Source: Sminthopsis crassicaudata (Eukaryota). Taken from it: a stretch of DNA of 64,000 bases. A program made the translations under genes and the position numbers. Within the stretch, counting starts at the first letter, position 1; every line of letters begins with the position of its first letter. The notes under the pieces are model-generated. The model was not told the DNA's origin. It saw nothing but the letters and a program-made list of their open reading frames with translations, and made no database searches. This document shows positions 62,550 to 64,000 of this stretch, piece by piece. The stretch is taken from the NCBI RefSeq assembly GCF_048593235.1, contig NC_133622.1:243912055-243976054 (forward strand), written 5' to 3'.

Positions 62550-63480
62550 ACACATTCATTCAGCGTTTAAGTACTTCCTCGTGACAATCACTGTACTAGG
62601 GACTCAGAGACAAAAATGAAAAGTCCCTGCCCTTGAAGAGTTTATTTTCTATTTGGGGAGGTATACACATGCATATAATTTTTTTTATTGAAGTGGGGGA
62701 GAGTTTGGTCAAACCAAACAATACTTCGGAGAAGAATAGTATGTTGTCTTTATCTTTAGTACTCCACCCCTAAAAGAACTGGGGGAGTTGCCATCATGTC
62801 TCTTTAGGATCAAGCTTGTTTATTTATATGCAAAATAAATACAAGGAAACTTTTTCTGAAGGAAAGGGCTGTAATGGCAACTGGAGTTATCAGGAAAAGA
62901 TTCAGTTAAAAGGGAATGCTTAAGCTGTTCTGCCTGAATCCAGGGATCCAGAGGCCAAGGGAAGGGAAGGGGGAGTATATGGTAAGCATGGGGTAAAGGG
63001 CAGCTCATTTTAGAGGCCTGGAGATAGATGTTAGGGTTTGTCTGAGCAATTCTAAGAAAGCTGGCATGACTTAGTCGACCGTGTGGGAAGGCAAGTAAAG
63101 GTCTAATGAGGCTAAAATAAGTCGGAACCAGTTCACAAAGGAATTTCAAAGCCAAATAGTGGAGTTTATATTTGATCCTAGAGGCAATAAGGAGCCGTTG
63201 TAGTTTGGGTAAGGAGTAAAATGGCCACACCTGTGTTTCATAAATAGCCATTTGTGGGCAGGATAGTTTGAAGAAGAGGTTCTTGAGGCTGGAGAATGTG
63301 GAGGCCCTTACTCATAGTCCCCCCCCAGTGGTGCTGAGGGCCTGAACTAGGGTCTAGTCATGTCCAGAGGGAAGGGGCCGAAATGTTGGAGAGATCCAAA
63401 TGTCAGCATTTGGCAACTAAATAGATAAGTGGAGTGAGAAAAAATGAGAAGTTGAGGATGACACTGAGGTTCTGACTTGG
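62550..63480 (-). mobile_element. L2 relic, interrupted
   Basis: CATTCATTCAGCGTTTAAGTAC...GTCCCTGCCCTTGAAGAG; GGAGTTTATATTTGATCCTAGAGGCAATAAGGAGCC. Confidence 0.7.
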
Positions 63481-64000
63481 GAACTTTTTACAGTTGAGAA
63501 AGCTGTCTCAGGAAAGTAATATGGCTTGGGCTAGATCCGATAAATATAAATGGCAGACCAAGAATTTCTTGAACCTATATCTTTTGCCTCCATATTTAGC
63601 TTTCTTTTCCATTGCCTGGTGCTGTCTCCTATAGAATAGTCTCATTTTACCTTGTGTATGTTTTCCTTTCCTTTTCCATATAACGTAAGTAATGTATAAT
63701 TTCTTTTTATTTTTTACTATTCAGATAAAATTATTTTGATAGTCAAATTGTGTTATTCCAAGAGTTCAGCTTACTGTTCTCCCACCTGACTAACTTTCTA
63801 TAATTTTTGGTACATTAGTATGTAAGGCACAATATGAGGAAATACAGCTGTATAAGACTTTTAGTCTTTATCCTTCAAGAGTTTATGTTCTAGTAGGGAA
63901 GATTAGGTACCTATTTGGGATCATTTCTAAAGGCGTTACCAGGGAAGACATCAGAGCATGCAAAGTGGGCGTGAAAGGTAGACAGGATTTTGATGATAAA

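Overview
Mammalian genomic DNA from a marsupial. The young CORE-SINEs (WSINE1-like, 'GAATTCAGGAGGACCC...AACCCCAGCCTCAG') and L1 3' ends point to an Australian, probably dasyuromorph, species (inference). The window is the orthologue of human 11q12.1. Genes in order: ZDHHC5 (+, 10 coding exons; first coding exon lies upstream of the window; contains a U12-type intron); MED19 (-, 5 exons, 245 aa); TMX2 (+, 8 exons, 296 aa, head-to-head with MED19); SELENOH (+, 3 coding exons, 120 aa, in-frame UGA-Sec in CQSU and a 3'UTR SECIS with an atypical core); BTBD18 (-, 2 coding exons, 723 aa); and the promoters, 5' non-coding exon(s) and start of intron 1 of CTNND1 (+). I walked the exon boundaries by hand; all are GT-AG and frame-consistent. 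Gene names come from recognising the proteins and from synteny, not from a database search. The left half is compact and GC/CpG-rich. The BTBD18 intron and CTNND1 intron 1 are AT-rich and full of L1, L2, CR1/L3, SINE, LTR and MITE relics. There are two N gaps (13561-13706, 52352-52488). I found no evidence of a wholly new multi-gene system. The best leads are the non-canonical SECIS, a 131/158-bp inverted duplication in CTNND1 intron 1, mirror CCG/CGG tracts around the BTBD18/CTNND1 divergent promoter, a CpG-rich L2 relic and a SINE with a G-tract instead of an A-tail.
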